From Candidatus Cryptobacteroides merdavium (lineage in GTDB: Bacteria; Bacteroidota; Bacteroidia; Bacteroidales; UBA932), in assembly GCA_017694755.1 (NCBI GenBank), contig JADIMO010000016.1, positions 18,647-82,646 of the forward strand: 64,000 nucleotides of DNA, read 5' to 3'. A model generated the notes under the pieces. It ran no database searches, had not been told where the DNA came from, and saw nothing but the letters and a program-made list of their open reading frames with translations. The position numbers and the translations under genes are program-made. Of the stretch, positions 40,048 through 51,543 are shown piece by piece; the stretch's first letter is position 1; the number at the start of each line of letters is the position of its first letter.

Positions 40048-43000
40048 ATGAGCGGGAAAAAGAGAAAAACGAGAACAATATGGAAGGTGCTCCTGTGGAT
40101 TGCGGGCATCTGGGCCATATTGCTGATTGTCATTCAGATAGCACTGTCTCCGGCAGTGCTCACAAGGCTCGCAAACAAATATGCAAACAAATACATCGAC
40201 GGGGATGTTTCGTTCGGAGAGGTGAAGATGTCAGTATTCAAGAGTTTTCCATATCTCAATGTGGGATTTTCTGACGTATCTGTGACCTATCCTTCGGACA
40301 GGTTCAATTTTCCGGATGAAAATTTCTACTCCCGCCAGGGAAAAGGAGAAACCGCAGACACGCTGGCATCATTCAAGAACCTTTATGCTTCAATCGATGT
40401 GGCGGCACTGGCATTCGGGACCGTAAAGGTGCCGGGGATAATGCTCAACAGCCCGAGGATATTTGCCAAAAGTTATCCGGACGGAAGGGCCAACTGGGAG
40501 ATATTCAAGACATCCTCTGACTCCACAGACACCGGAACCGCTGCTGAGGACACCGCAGAATCGCAGATGCCGAAAATCGTGCTGGGCAGGATCATGCTCA
40601 GGAACAACCCGCACATAGTCTACTCAAGTCCGGAAGATACGGTCTTTGCCATGCTGAACCTGAAGAAGCTGCGCTTCAACGGAAGACTGGCCACCGGCAG
40701 AAACGGCAGAAACCGCGTGGGATTTGAAATCGACAGCATGTTCGTGGCAGGAAGGCTCCCGTCCGACACCCTTGCACTCAAGTTGGACAGGTTCAGCGTA
40801 AGGGAACACCGCAGACATATCGACCTTGACGCCTCAGCCACAACATGGCTTGCAATGAACTCATACGGCAGGATGAAGGTGCCGGTCGACATAAGTTCCG
40901 AAATAAGTTTCCCTAAAGACTCGGTCTTTGCCATCGAAGTCAAGGACCTCAAGGCCACGGTGGCCGCAATACCGTTGGAAGCGGACGCTTATGTCAGATA
41001 CGGGGACAGGCTATATGTGAAAGGGACGGCGGCAATCAACGGATGCAAGGTCAACGATGTCATCAACTATTTCGGCAAGAACCTGTGGAAGCCTGCCGGG
41101 GACATCAGCACCGATGCAGAGATTTCGATGTCCGCCGCTTTCGACGGCTTCTATGACTCTTCCACAGGAGAAATACCGGACATCACAGCCCACATTGAAA
41201 TTCCGGACTCATGGATAGGCAACAAGAAAGTGGACATCCGGCACGAAATAGCACTTGACACGGACATTTCCGGAAAAAGCGACGGAAAACTTAATGTAAG
41301 GCTCAATGACTTCCACATAAGAGGCAAGGCACTGCAGATCATGGCATGCGGTTCAGTTTCCGACCTCCTCGGCAAAGACCCTCTGCTGGATGTGGAAGCG
41401 GGAATTGACATGAGTCTCGACACCCTGTCCCGATATTTGAAGAAGAAAAGCGGTATAAGTGCATCAGGCTATCTCACCGCCGGTGTCAAAGGTCAGGTGA
41501 CATTGTCTCAGCTCGACCCGTATCAGCTTGCCCAGGCAGACCTGTCCGGCAAGATAAAGACCACCGGGCTCAACTTCATGTCCGAAAAGGATTCACTGAG
41601 CCTCTACGCCGACAGCCTCGACGTATGGCTCGGAGCCGTGGGCAATACACGGGATTCAAGCATAACACAGGGAGAAAGGATGCTTGCCCTGGTGGCATCC
41701 GTGGACAGCACCCGCTTCTCGTACAAGAACGGCATGCTTATCATCGGCAAGAATCTGTCCCTCAAGGCCCAGAACTCCGCCGCCATTCTCAATGCCGCCG
41801 ACTCATCAAAATTCTATCCGTTCGGAGGAAAACTTGACATAGGCTTCCTTTCAATGATAGGGACAGATACATCCTTCGTGTCCGTGGCCAAATCAAGCAG
41901 CATATTCAAGATTTCTCCGAAACAGGGCAATCCGAAGATACCTGTCCTGACGCTCGACAGCTCCAACGGAGGACTGTTCTTGCGCGGGCCCGTCAACCGC
42001 ATTGCAGTGCGGAATCTGAAGATGGATGCTGTTGCCGCCATGAACTCGATAGAAAGACGGCAGAAGGCCAAGGCCTTTGTAGATTCTCTTTCAAGGAAAT
42101 ATCCGGACATTCCGCGTGATTCCCTTTTCGGACATCTGAGAAAAATGCGGGGTGCAAGGCCGATTCCTGACTGGCTGAGTGAAAAGGACTTCATGAAAAG
42201 CGACCTGAACCTGAAGCTGAGCGACAGCATGGCGAAATACTTCCGTGAATGGGATGCGGAAGGCTCCCTCTCATTCTCCAGGGCACACATAATGAGCCCG
42301 TATTTTCCTCTGCGCAACAGACTCTCCGATGTCAAGGCCGGATTCAACAACAACGAAATCCGGTTCGACAGTTTCAACCTCAATAGCGGAAGATCCAATC
42401 TCTCCGCCAGCGGCCGGCTGACCGGACTCAAAAGGGCCCTTCTCGGCAGAGGCTTCCTGAACCTCACCATGGACATACGCTCGGACAGCCTCAATGTCAA
42501 CGAGCTGCTCGGAGCATATACCGTAGGGTCAAAATTCGTCCCTGCAAACACATCGTCCGCCTCCCTCAATATCGAGGATGAAGATTATATGGACATGATA
42601 GTCACCGATACGCTTGCTGAAGCCGAGGTTCCCGCTCCCGCCCTGCTGGTGGTACCGGCCAACATCATGGCCGACCTTTCACTTGAAGCGAAGAATGTAA
42701 AATACAGCACCCTGGACATAGAGAAGATGACCACCGACCTCACCATAAAGGAAAGATGCGTACAGCTGACCAACACGGTGGCAAATTCCAACATCGGGGA
42801 CATCGAATTTGAAGGTTTCTATTCCACAAGGACAAAACAGGATCTCAAAACAGGATTCGACCTCGCCCTGAAAGACATCACTGCCGAGAAAGTGGTGGAA
42901 ATGATGCCTGCAGTGGACAGCGTGATGCCTCTGCTGAAGACATTCAAAGGGATGCTCAACTGCACCCTCTCTGCCACTGCCGAGCTCGACACGACAATGA

Positions 43001-43575
43001 ACATCGTGATGCCTTCCATCAACGGTGTGCTCAGAATCTCCGGCGATGACCTCACATTCACCGAGAGCCAGGCATTCAGCCAGATAGCCAAGACCCTGAA
43101 GTTCAAGGACAGGACAAGCGGCCACATCAACCACATGTCCGTGGAGGGCCTCATATCAGACAACAGGCTCGAAATCTTCCCGTTCGTGCTTAAGCTTGAC
43201 AGGTACACCTTAGCCATGAGCGGCATCCAGAATTTAGACACAAGTTTCAAATACCATGTGTCCGTGATAGACTCCCCTATCCCGTTCCGCCTCGGCATCG
43301 ACCTCTCCGGCAACTTCGAGGACTTCAGGTTCAGGATAGGAAAGGCAAAATACAAGAGTGCAGATATTCCTGTATTTTCAAGCGTGATAGACCAGACAAG
43401 GGTCAACCTCCGCGAATCAATCCAGAACATCTTCCAGCATGGAGTGGACAAGGCCGTGCGTGAGAACGAGCAGCAGAAGCTCATCGAAGACTACAAGAAG
43501 AAGATCGACTACAAACAGGTGGTGGACCAGCAGCTTGATTCACTCTCGGCAGAAGAAAAAGCCCAGATTGAATAA
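40048..43575 (+). CDS. AsmA-like envelope protein
   Basis: N-terminal TM anchor, long beta-rich body, G.ANWEIF motif; start at ATG 40048 after -7 TAAATTTG. Confidence 0.8.
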   Translation: MSGKKRKTRTIWKVLLWIAGIWAILLIVIQIALSPAVLTRLANKYANKYIDGDVSFGEVKMSVFKSFPYLNVGFSDVSVTYPSDRFNFPDENFYSRQGKGETADTLASFKNLYASIDVAALAFGTVKVPGIMLNSPRIFAKSYPDGRANWEIFKTSSDSTDTGTAAEDTAESQMPKIVLGRIMLRNNPHIVYSSPEDTVFAMLNLKKLRFNGRLATGRNGRNRVGFEIDSMFVAGRLPSDTLALKLDRFSVREHRRHIDLDASATTWLAMNSYGRMKVPVDISSEISFPKDSVFAIEVKDLKATVAAIPLEADAYVRYGDRLYVKGTAAINGCKVNDVINYFGKNLWKPAGDISTDAEISMSAAFDGFYDSSTGEIPDITAHIEIPDSWIGNKKVDIRHEIALDTDISGKSDGKLNVRLNDFHIRGKALQIMACGSVSDLLGKDPLLDVEAGIDMSLDTLSRYLKKKSGISASGYLTAGVKGQVTLSQLDPYQLAQADLSGKIKTTGLNFMSEKDSLSLYADSLDVWLGAVGNTRDSSITQGERMLALVASVDSTRFSYKNGMLIIGKNLSLKAQNSAAILNAADSSKFYPFGGKLDIGFLSMIGTDTSFVSVAKSSSIFKISPKQGNPKIPVLTLDSSNGGLFLRGPVNRIAVRNLKMDAVAAMNSIERRQKAKAFVDSLSRKYPDIPRDSLFGHLRKMRGARPIPDWLSEKDFMKSDLNLKLSDSMAKYFREWDAEGSLSFSRAHIMSPYFPLRNRLSDVKAGFNNNEIRFDSFNLNSGRSNLSASGRLTGLKRALLGRGFLNLTMDIRSDSLNVNELLGAYTVGSKFVPANTSSASLNIEDEDYMDMIVTDTLAEAEVPAPALLVVPANIMADLSLEAKNVKYSTLDIEKMTTDLTIKERCVQLTNTVANSNIGDIEFEGFYSTRTKQDLKTGFDLALKDITAEKVVEMMPAVDSVMPLLKTFKGMLNCTLSATAELDTTMNIVMPSINGVLRISGDDLTFTESQAFSQIAKTLKFKDRTSGHINHMSVEGLISDNRLEIFPFVLKLDRYTLAMSGIQNLDTSFKYHVSVIDSPIPFRLGIDLSGNFEDFRFRIGKAKYKSADIPVFSSVIDQTRVNLRESIQNIFQHGVDKAVRENEQQKLIEDYKKKIDYKQVVDQQLDSLSAEEKAQIE

Positions 43576-43619
43576 GCCAGAGTGTATTCTGCATGAAAAC
43601 CAGATAAGGATTTGCCTTT

Positions 43620-44210
43620 ATGCCAGAAGCATATTCAAAAGCGAGGAGACTTTCAGAAGAAGAATTCGGGAGGATTTTCACAAGATGCCGCCCGATGTTC
43701 ATCCGCATTGCCGATTCATATGTACATGACAGGCATGCGGCCGAAGACATCACTGACGACAGTTTCATAAAGCTGTGGGAAAAGCGTGACGAAATAGTGA
43801 CAGGCAACTGGGAATCCTATGCATTCAGGTCCGTCATCAACAGGTGTCTGGACCACATGAAATCCAAGACGGTACAGACATCCGTCCAACAGGACATGCA
43901 CGAGACCGGCAACAGGATGCAGATGTATGAGATAAACTCCCTCAAAAGCTGCGACCCCGACAGACTATTTGCCTCGGAATTGGAATCACTGTTCTGGGAA
44001 TGCGTTGACAAAATGCCTGAAATCACAAGAAAGATATTCATTGCCAGCAGGTTTGAAAACAGCACCTATAATGAAATAGCGGACAGGTTCGGCATCCCGG
44101 TCCGCCAAGTGACTTCCCATATACAATATGCCCTGAAGCTGCTGCGAATAGATCTCCAGGACTATCTTGTGCTCATCCTTATCCTGATGATGTTCAAGCC
44201 ATTGCAATAG
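43620..44210 (+). CDS. ECF RNA polymerase sigma-70 factor
   Basis: AEDITDDSFIKLWEKR (region 2), IFIASRF..TYNEIA (region 4). Confidence 0.9.
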   Translation: MPEAYSKARRLSEEEFGRIFTRCRPMFIRIADSYVHDRHAAEDITDDSFIKLWEKRDEIVTGNWESYAFRSVINRCLDHMKSKTVQTSVQQDMHETGNRMQMYEINSLKSCDPDRLFASELESLFWECVDKMPEITRKIFIASRFENSTYNEIADRFGIPVRQVTSHIQYALKLLRIDLQDYLVLILILMMFKPLQ

Positions 44211-44261
44211 GCAGCCCAGGATATATCCGAAACAAGGCTTCATTACGGAGAGATACAAATG

Positions 44262-44298
44262 AAAATGGGGTGAATCAAATTTATGACTCACCCCATTT
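44262..44298. terminator. Hairpin between convergent sigma and groEL genes
   Basis: AAATGGGGTGA...TCACCCCATTT inverted repeat. Confidence 0.7.
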
Positions 44299-44366
44299 AG
44301 CACTTCCGGAGGGAGCTGGCACCCCCTGCCGTATTCCAAGTCAGGCATCGGAAGCCTTCATGCATA

Positions 44367-46010
<1,644 letters not shown>

Positions 46011-46013
46011 TCA

Positions 46014-46280
46014 TTAAAGTATTGCAAAAATGTCCGTCTGCTTCATTATGAGATATTTCTTGTCATCGACTGTCACCTCTGTCCCGGCATATTTCCCGTA
46101 CAGCACCTCATCTCCGACCTTAACCTCCATAGGCTCATCCTTCTTGCCCGGGCCGACAGCTACAACTGTCCCCTGCTGAGGTTTTTCCTTTGCCGTGTCA
46201 GGAATATAAAGACCTGCCGCTGTTTTGGTCTCAGCCTCCTTAGGCTCAACCAATACTCTGTCTGCTAATGGTTTGATCAT
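46014..46280 (-). CDS. groS: Co-chaperonin GroES
   Basis: [11 protein letters not shown]...IPDTAKEKP; start at ATG 46280. Confidence 0.98.
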   Translation of the reverse strand: MIKPLADRVLVEPKEAETKTAAGLYIPDTAKEKPQQGTVVAVGPGKKDEPMEVKVGDEVLYGKYAGTEVTVDDKKYLIMKQTDIFAIL

Positions 46281-46513
46281 AATTCTATAAAATTTAAATT
46301 CTATCTTTGATTCCAGGCTTCCCCGCTTTCCATCCCATGATGCGCTCCGGAAGCCGGGAACTCGAGACACAAAAGAAATGCCAGCCCGCAGGGGCTGACA
46401 TTTTGTCATTTCACATAAGGATGCCTGAAAGGAACAGAAGCCTTTTTGGCATCCCGACAGGTCCAAGCCGCTAAAATGTCACATCATCCGGGCACGGACA
46501 TGACGCCACGACA

Positions 46514-47002
46514 CTACAGGAAACGTTTCCCTCCTGCCATGCCAGCTGACGTCCTTGTCCCGAAGTCCCCGGAAGTGATTTCATCAGGTATTTCAGACCT
46601 CGTGAAGACAGAAGTATCTGAAGAGTCACCGTTCAGGACAAGCTGCATCCTGTCGCCGTCTCCGCTGAAAGACACCGAATACGTCCCGGCCCATGCGGTG
46701 CCGTCACTGTATGTGCCTCCCAAGGTATTGCCATCCAGATGCCATGTCCCGTCATAATGCTCGTAATAAGGGCTGTATATTCTCTGATAAAGATCAAAGG
46801 TGCCGTCATTTTCCAATGACAGATAGACATCGGCAGCCTGCAGGCTGTTCCAGCCGGCAAGATGCCATGTCCCAGTAACGCTGCCCTCGCCTGTCCAGCC
46901 GCCATCACCTCCGCCAGGATTATCCTTCCCGCAGGAAGAGAAAGCCAATGCGGTGACAAGCACCGCAAACATCAGTCTTATATGTTTCATCATTTTTCCC
47001 AT
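46514..47002 (-). CDS. Lipocalin-like lipoprotein (last gene of the left SusC/D operon)
   Basis: Lipobox FSSC, VTGTW motif. Confidence 0.75.
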   Translation of the reverse strand: MGKMMKHIRLMFAVLVTALAFSSCGKDNPGGGDGGWTGEGSVTGTWHLAGWNSLQAADVYLSLENDGTFDLYQRIYSPYYEHYDGTWHLDGNTLGGTYSDGTAWAGTYSVSFSGDGDRMQLVLNGDSSDTSVFTRSEIPDEITSGDFGTRTSAGMAGGKRFL

Positions 47003-47015
47003 TCTATGTCATTTG

Positions 47016-49043
47016 TCATAGCCATCCGCCGTTATCCGAATGCGAAGCCCTGGACACAAGCGCAAATTCTTTTGTCACTGTCTTTCCGAACATGCCTGAG
47101 CCGCTGTTGGTGCCGGCCCTGAATGTCACGGTCATGATGCCGGAACCGACCTTGCTGCAGGAGACGAGGATATTGTCACCGAATATGACCGGATCGGAAG
47201 TGATGCCGAGATTGGCCTTGTCCGCAGCCGATATTTCTGCAGATGTCAGCGAAATCTGTGCATTTCCGTCACCGATATAGTCTGCCACCCTTATCTGTGA
47301 CTGTGAAGAAGCCGAAACAGGAATGCATGTGGTCCCGCGGATGTTCATGAGCACCTGATAAGCATCTATGGCTCCGGTCCCCATGAGTCCCCTGAAACGG
47401 GACAGGGTGAGCGTTGTGAGCTGGCCGAAGTCATTGACATATCTTTTCGACCCCGTACAATATTCATTGATTCCGTACACGGATGACAGAAGGATGCTGT
47501 TGAACTGCTCCCTTGTGAATGTCTTGCCGGTCTGGAGGGCATAAGACAGGCCGAGGGCTGCCACTCCCGACACATGCGGACAGGCCATTGAAGTGCCATG
47601 CAGATAGCCGTATCTCCCGGAAGTTATGGTAGACAGGACACCGGAAGCCGAGGAATTATAGTTCGTCTCAAGAAGAGACTGGTACTGGTCACCGCCCGGT
47701 GCGGCGATGTTGCATCCCGGACCGTAATTGGTATAACAGGCCGGAGTGTAGTCACAGGAAATGGCGGTGACAGATATATAGTCCTGATATGCACCAGGAT
47801 AGGCAGACATGCCAGTCAGGTCATTGCCGGCAGCGAAAATCACTATGCCGCCGTTAACTGCATCACAGTTCCTCGTACCGATGAAATAGTCAATCGCCTG
47901 CTTTTCCGCACTCACCCCCTGCTCGAATGCCGTATCGGAAGTGATCCCTCCGGCAGCACCGGCCGTATATCCGAAGCTGCACTGTATGATCGCTGCACCG
48001 TTGTCCGCAGCATACTTGATGGCGCGCGCAGTCGCGGCTGTAGAGCCGCCTGTCTCGCCCTGGAATATCTGGCAGGACATTATCCTGACACCGTCCCCGT
48101 TGCCCGAACCGCCGGCGACACCGCAAACGCCTGTCCCGTTGTTGTTGACCGCGGCTACTGTTCCGGCAACATGTGTCCCGTGGACACCTTCGTCACCAGA
48201 CGTTATGGTCAGAACGGTATTGTTGACAAAATTATAGCCGTGCACATCATCTATGAAGCCGTTGCCGTCATCATCAATGCCGTTGCCGGCTATCTCGCCG
48301 CTGTTGGTCCACATGTTTGCAGCAAGATCAGGATGGTCCCACTGCACACAGTCATCCACCACCGCCACAACGACTCTCGGATCGCCTGTACAAAGTTTCC
48401 ATGCTTCTTCACACCTCACATCGGCCCCTTCACGGATACCTGAATAAATGTCAGTATCTCCGGTATTGATGTAATGCCACTGGTTTCCAAGCATCGGGTC
48501 ATTGAAGTCAGCACCGTCTGTCCTGGTGACTGCTCCCCCTTCCGAAAAAGGAACGACCTTTCCTGTGCCTTCCATTTCCACCTTTTGGCAGAACTCCACA
48601 TTGCTCACTTCGGAAAACCCGGCCACGGCCCTGGCAACCTTGTCCAGATCTGCAGATTCATCGAACTTGACCATGTACCATCTGTGCAGTCCGGCTGCAC
48701 GCGTACGTTTCTCATTCCTCTCATCCACAGGGAAAAGCCTCTCCACTGATGTCACACCGGCACCGGCAAGAACCGCATCAAGTCCTGATATGCCCGAACG
48801 GGTGGACGGGCCTTCATCCGAACGGGTCATTGCAGAATTCTCCACGTGAGAAACCGCTTCGGCACTGAAATAGACCAGAAGGCTGCCCCGGGCTGCATTT
48901 TCCGATGTAAAGATCAGTTTGGACTCCACCACCGGGTCCGCTCCTGACTCCGCTCCCGGGCCGGGCATCAGTTCCTTCTCCGCACATGAAGCCATTATCA
49001 TGGCAGGGAACATAATTCCGGCAAAGATTTTCAAAATTTTCAT
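47016..49043 (-). CDS. S8 (subtilisin-family) serine peptidase lipoprotein
   Basis: Lipobox MASC; triad contexts VAVVDD, HGTHVAG, GTSMACPHVSG; oxyanion AAGN. Confidence 0.93.
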   Translation of the reverse strand: MKILKIFAGIMFPAMIMASCAEKELMPGPGAESGADPVVESKLIFTSENAARGSLLVYFSAEAVSHVENSAMTRSDEGPSTRSGISGLDAVLAGAGVTSVERLFPVDERNEKRTRAAGLHRWYMVKFDESADLDKVARAVAGFSEVSNVEFCQKVEMEGTGKVVPFSEGGAVTRTDGADFNDPMLGNQWHYINTGDTDIYSGIREGADVRCEEAWKLCTGDPRVVVAVVDDCVQWDHPDLAANMWTNSGEIAGNGIDDDGNGFIDDVHGYNFVNNTVLTITSGDEGVHGTHVAGTVAAVNNNGTGVCGVAGGSGNGDGVRIMSCQIFQGETGGSTAATARAIKYAADNGAAIIQCSFGYTAGAAGGITSDTAFEQGVSAEKQAIDYFIGTRNCDAVNGGIVIFAAGNDLTGMSAYPGAYQDYISVTAISCDYTPACYTNYGPGCNIAAPGGDQYQSLLETNYNSSASGVLSTITSGRYGYLHGTSMACPHVSGVAALGLSYALQTGKTFTREQFNSILLSSVYGINEYCTGSKRYVNDFGQLTTLTLSRFRGLMGTGAIDAYQVLMNIRGTTCIPVSASSQSQIRVADYIGDGNAQISLTSAEISAADKANLGITSDPVIFGDNILVSCSKVGSGIMTVTFRAGTNSGSGMFGKTVTKEFALVSRASHSDNGGWL

Positions 49044-49134
49044 TTTATTATCCGATTGTTGTTGATTGTCATAAGCAACATAAGCCGGATGTCCCGAAAG
49101 AGACTCCGGCCAAGTTGACGTTAACGGCAGGCCG

Positions 49135-51528
49135 TCATCTGACAGATGTGCATTTTCCCGATGCTCCGGCTACCCTGATCCTGAAAACTCCATCTGACGG
49201 AAGCGGCTCACATACCCGAGTCTTTACAGGAAGTGTCCTGAGTCCCGCCGCAACCGGCTCCGGAAAGACATTTGCTGTCTTGAAGACCGGCTCCTGACGG
49301 AAGATGCTGCAGCCGTTTCCTGCTGAAGGCACAGACATGTAGCCGGAAGAAAGTCTCTGCATGGTCTGTACGGCTGAAGTTTCCGATGCCGCAGCCTGTG
49401 ATATTTCCGTGCTTCCGGCAAAGAATACCGCAATCGTTGCCGCATTTGAAACCTGGTTTCCGTTCACGATGCCGACACCGGCCTCTATATTCGTATTGAG
49501 GGATGTCAGTCTGCCTGAAGCATCAACTCCGAACACTACAGGATCATCCACTACGGTTTCATCCGAATCACTGAAATATGTAAACAGCACATAAGCAGAG
49601 AGATTGTCACCGGTAACCCAGCCTCCGAAGAAACTGCCGCGGTCCTCCTGTCCCGGGAATGTCCCGTCAAGTGTCAGAGTGGAAGCTTCCGGATCATACA
49701 CCGCATTCCAGGACATCCCGTTTGCGACACCAAGATCACTTACTACAAAATTCGTGCTGCTTCCTTCCGTCGGAGACACTTTGAATGTGTTCCTGGAAGT
49801 AAAGTCACTGCCGTCCTGCGAACCGCCCGGCACGGTGCATGTCATGGTGTAGTTGCCGGCTGCAAGTGAACCGGAATATGCATAATCACTTGTCAAAAGG
49901 TCAGCGCGTGCAACAGCACTCTTGCCGTAGCTGTTCGAGGCCTGCAAAAGCAGGGTATAGGATGTTCCGGAATCAAGCCGAATGAAGATATCCCAATATT
50001 TTTCTCCGGAATTTATCGCTTCCAGATAATCAGACATGTCGCTGCCGTTGGCGGCAATGATCTCCTCTGCAGTAAATCCGAGTGCAAGGGCAGCGTCTAC
50101 TGCCGAAGTATTCATTAAGGTACCGCTTAGGAAACTCAGTTCGCTTCCGGTGATTTCATATACAAGGGATGTCTCATCCGGACATTGCGATACATATTCT
50201 GCGGCCTCAGAATACTCGCTGACCTTGTACAGCTTGGCCTGGATGTCACACTCAGGGACAGCCCCTTCCATGGCCGGGAAGTAGAATGAATCGGATGCGG
50301 CGGATGCGGCGACAAGTTCTCCGGAAGTGCCTGCAGGCACAGCCACTACGGTATACAGGCCCGCTGCCAATTCAGCTTCAACTGAAACGGATTCAGCACC
50401 CTGCTCAAATCCGTTCACCTCATATACATTTTCCAGGGTCCCGTTGACAATGCCGTTTACATATTCCTGAAGTGCAGCACCTGAAATCTCACCGTTTACA
50501 AAGGCATAGCTGATGCCCGTGACATCCGCTCCGTATGAGAAGTCAATGACTGCGGTTGCAGTCTCGTTATCAGATCCGACTCTCATGCCGCCATAGCTTG
50601 CAGTCAATGAGTAGTCTGTAGCCTCATAGCCCGGAAGGACAATGCGGAACAGCCCGTTGGCATTTGCCGGAGCCCCGTTTGGAACGAGGTCGCAGATAAA
50701 GGCCAGGCCACCTGTCGGGAATGTGATGATTCCGTCAACCAATGTCCCCAGTCCGTTCTGATAAGTGGCAATGATATGGTCTCCGGCTCCCTCGCTCGAC
50801 TCGGAAATTCCGACAAACTGCTGGGGGATGAATACGGCCTGCGGGTCGCTGCAGTTAATGGTAATATTGGTAGGAGTGTAACTGAACTGGCCGGAAAGTT
50901 CCTCTTGAGTGGCACCGAAGAATTCCGTAAGGAATGGCCAGCCGTACATGTCCTCTATCATATATATCCCTTCCTGGGTCTTGTGCCTGTGGACAGTGAC
51001 ATCCAGTTCGACATTTCCGCCGCCCCAGGCGGTATTGAACCAGTCATCGCGGAACTGCCCCGTCCCCATCTCTTCCCATGGCCATGGGGTGACTGTCACA
51101 TAAAGGCTGCTGATTCCATAAGGGCTTGTATTGTTCTCGTCATTCAGCAGGAGCCCTATTGTGTAGTCTGTATCTTCGACAAGTTCTTCCCTCTCGAATG
51201 ATATTACAAGCGAAGCTTCGTCTTCACCGTCAGCGAAGGTGACACTGTTCGGCACAGTGAACAGGCTTCTGTCAGCCTCATTTTCAATTCCGGACAGGTC
51301 GGAAAGTATGTTCACGGTCAGTTCGCCGTCAGTCTGCAGCCTCATCACAGGGACAGTCACGGAAGTCACTCCGTCCTCTATGTCATACTGCGTCTGTGTC
51401 GTTGTCGGGAAGTAGACCTGGGCCCCGTCCACCTGCGGCCCCGGCTGGAATTCCTCCTCGGTGCAGGACACGAGGCCTCCGGCCAGAACAGCAAGGGCTG
51501 AAAACAAAATCGTTCTTATCTTTTTCAT
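49135..51528 (-). CDS. Large acidic surface lipoprotein, multi beta-domain
   Basis: Lipobox LVSC followed by acidic TEEE; beta-rich; no catalytic motif recognised. Confidence 0.75.
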   Translation of the reverse strand: MKKIRTILFSALAVLAGGLVSCTEEEFQPGPQVDGAQVYFPTTTQTQYDIEDGVTSVTVPVMRLQTDGELTVNILSDLSGIENEADRSLFTVPNSVTFADGEDEASLVISFEREELVEDTDYTIGLLLNDENNTSPYGISSLYVTVTPWPWEEMGTGQFRDDWFNTAWGGGNVELDVTVHRHKTQEGIYMIEDMYGWPFLTEFFGATQEELSGQFSYTPTNITINCSDPQAVFIPQQFVGISESSEGAGDHIIATYQNGLGTLVDGIITFPTGGLAFICDLVPNGAPANANGLFRIVLPGYEATDYSLTASYGGMRVGSDNETATAVIDFSYGADVTGISYAFVNGEISGAALQEYVNGIVNGTLENVYEVNGFEQGAESVSVEAELAAGLYTVVAVPAGTSGELVAASAASDSFYFPAMEGAVPECDIQAKLYKVSEYSEAAEYVSQCPDETSLVYEITGSELSFLSGTLMNTSAVDAALALGFTAEEIIAANGSDMSDYLEAINSGEKYWDIFIRLDSGTSYTLLLQASNSYGKSAVARADLLTSDYAYSGSLAAGNYTMTCTVPGGSQDGSDFTSRNTFKVSPTEGSSTNFVVSDLGVANGMSWNAVYDPEASTLTLDGTFPGQEDRGSFFGGWVTGDNLSAYVLFTYFSDSDETVVDDPVVFGVDASGRLTSLNTNIEAGVGIVNGNQVSNAATIAVFFAGSTEISQAAASETSAVQTMQRLSSGYMSVPSAGNGCSIFRQEPVFKTANVFPEPVAAGLRTLPVKTRVCEPLPSDGVFRIRVAGASGKCTSVR

Positions 51529-51543
51529 AAGGATCTATCTTAA

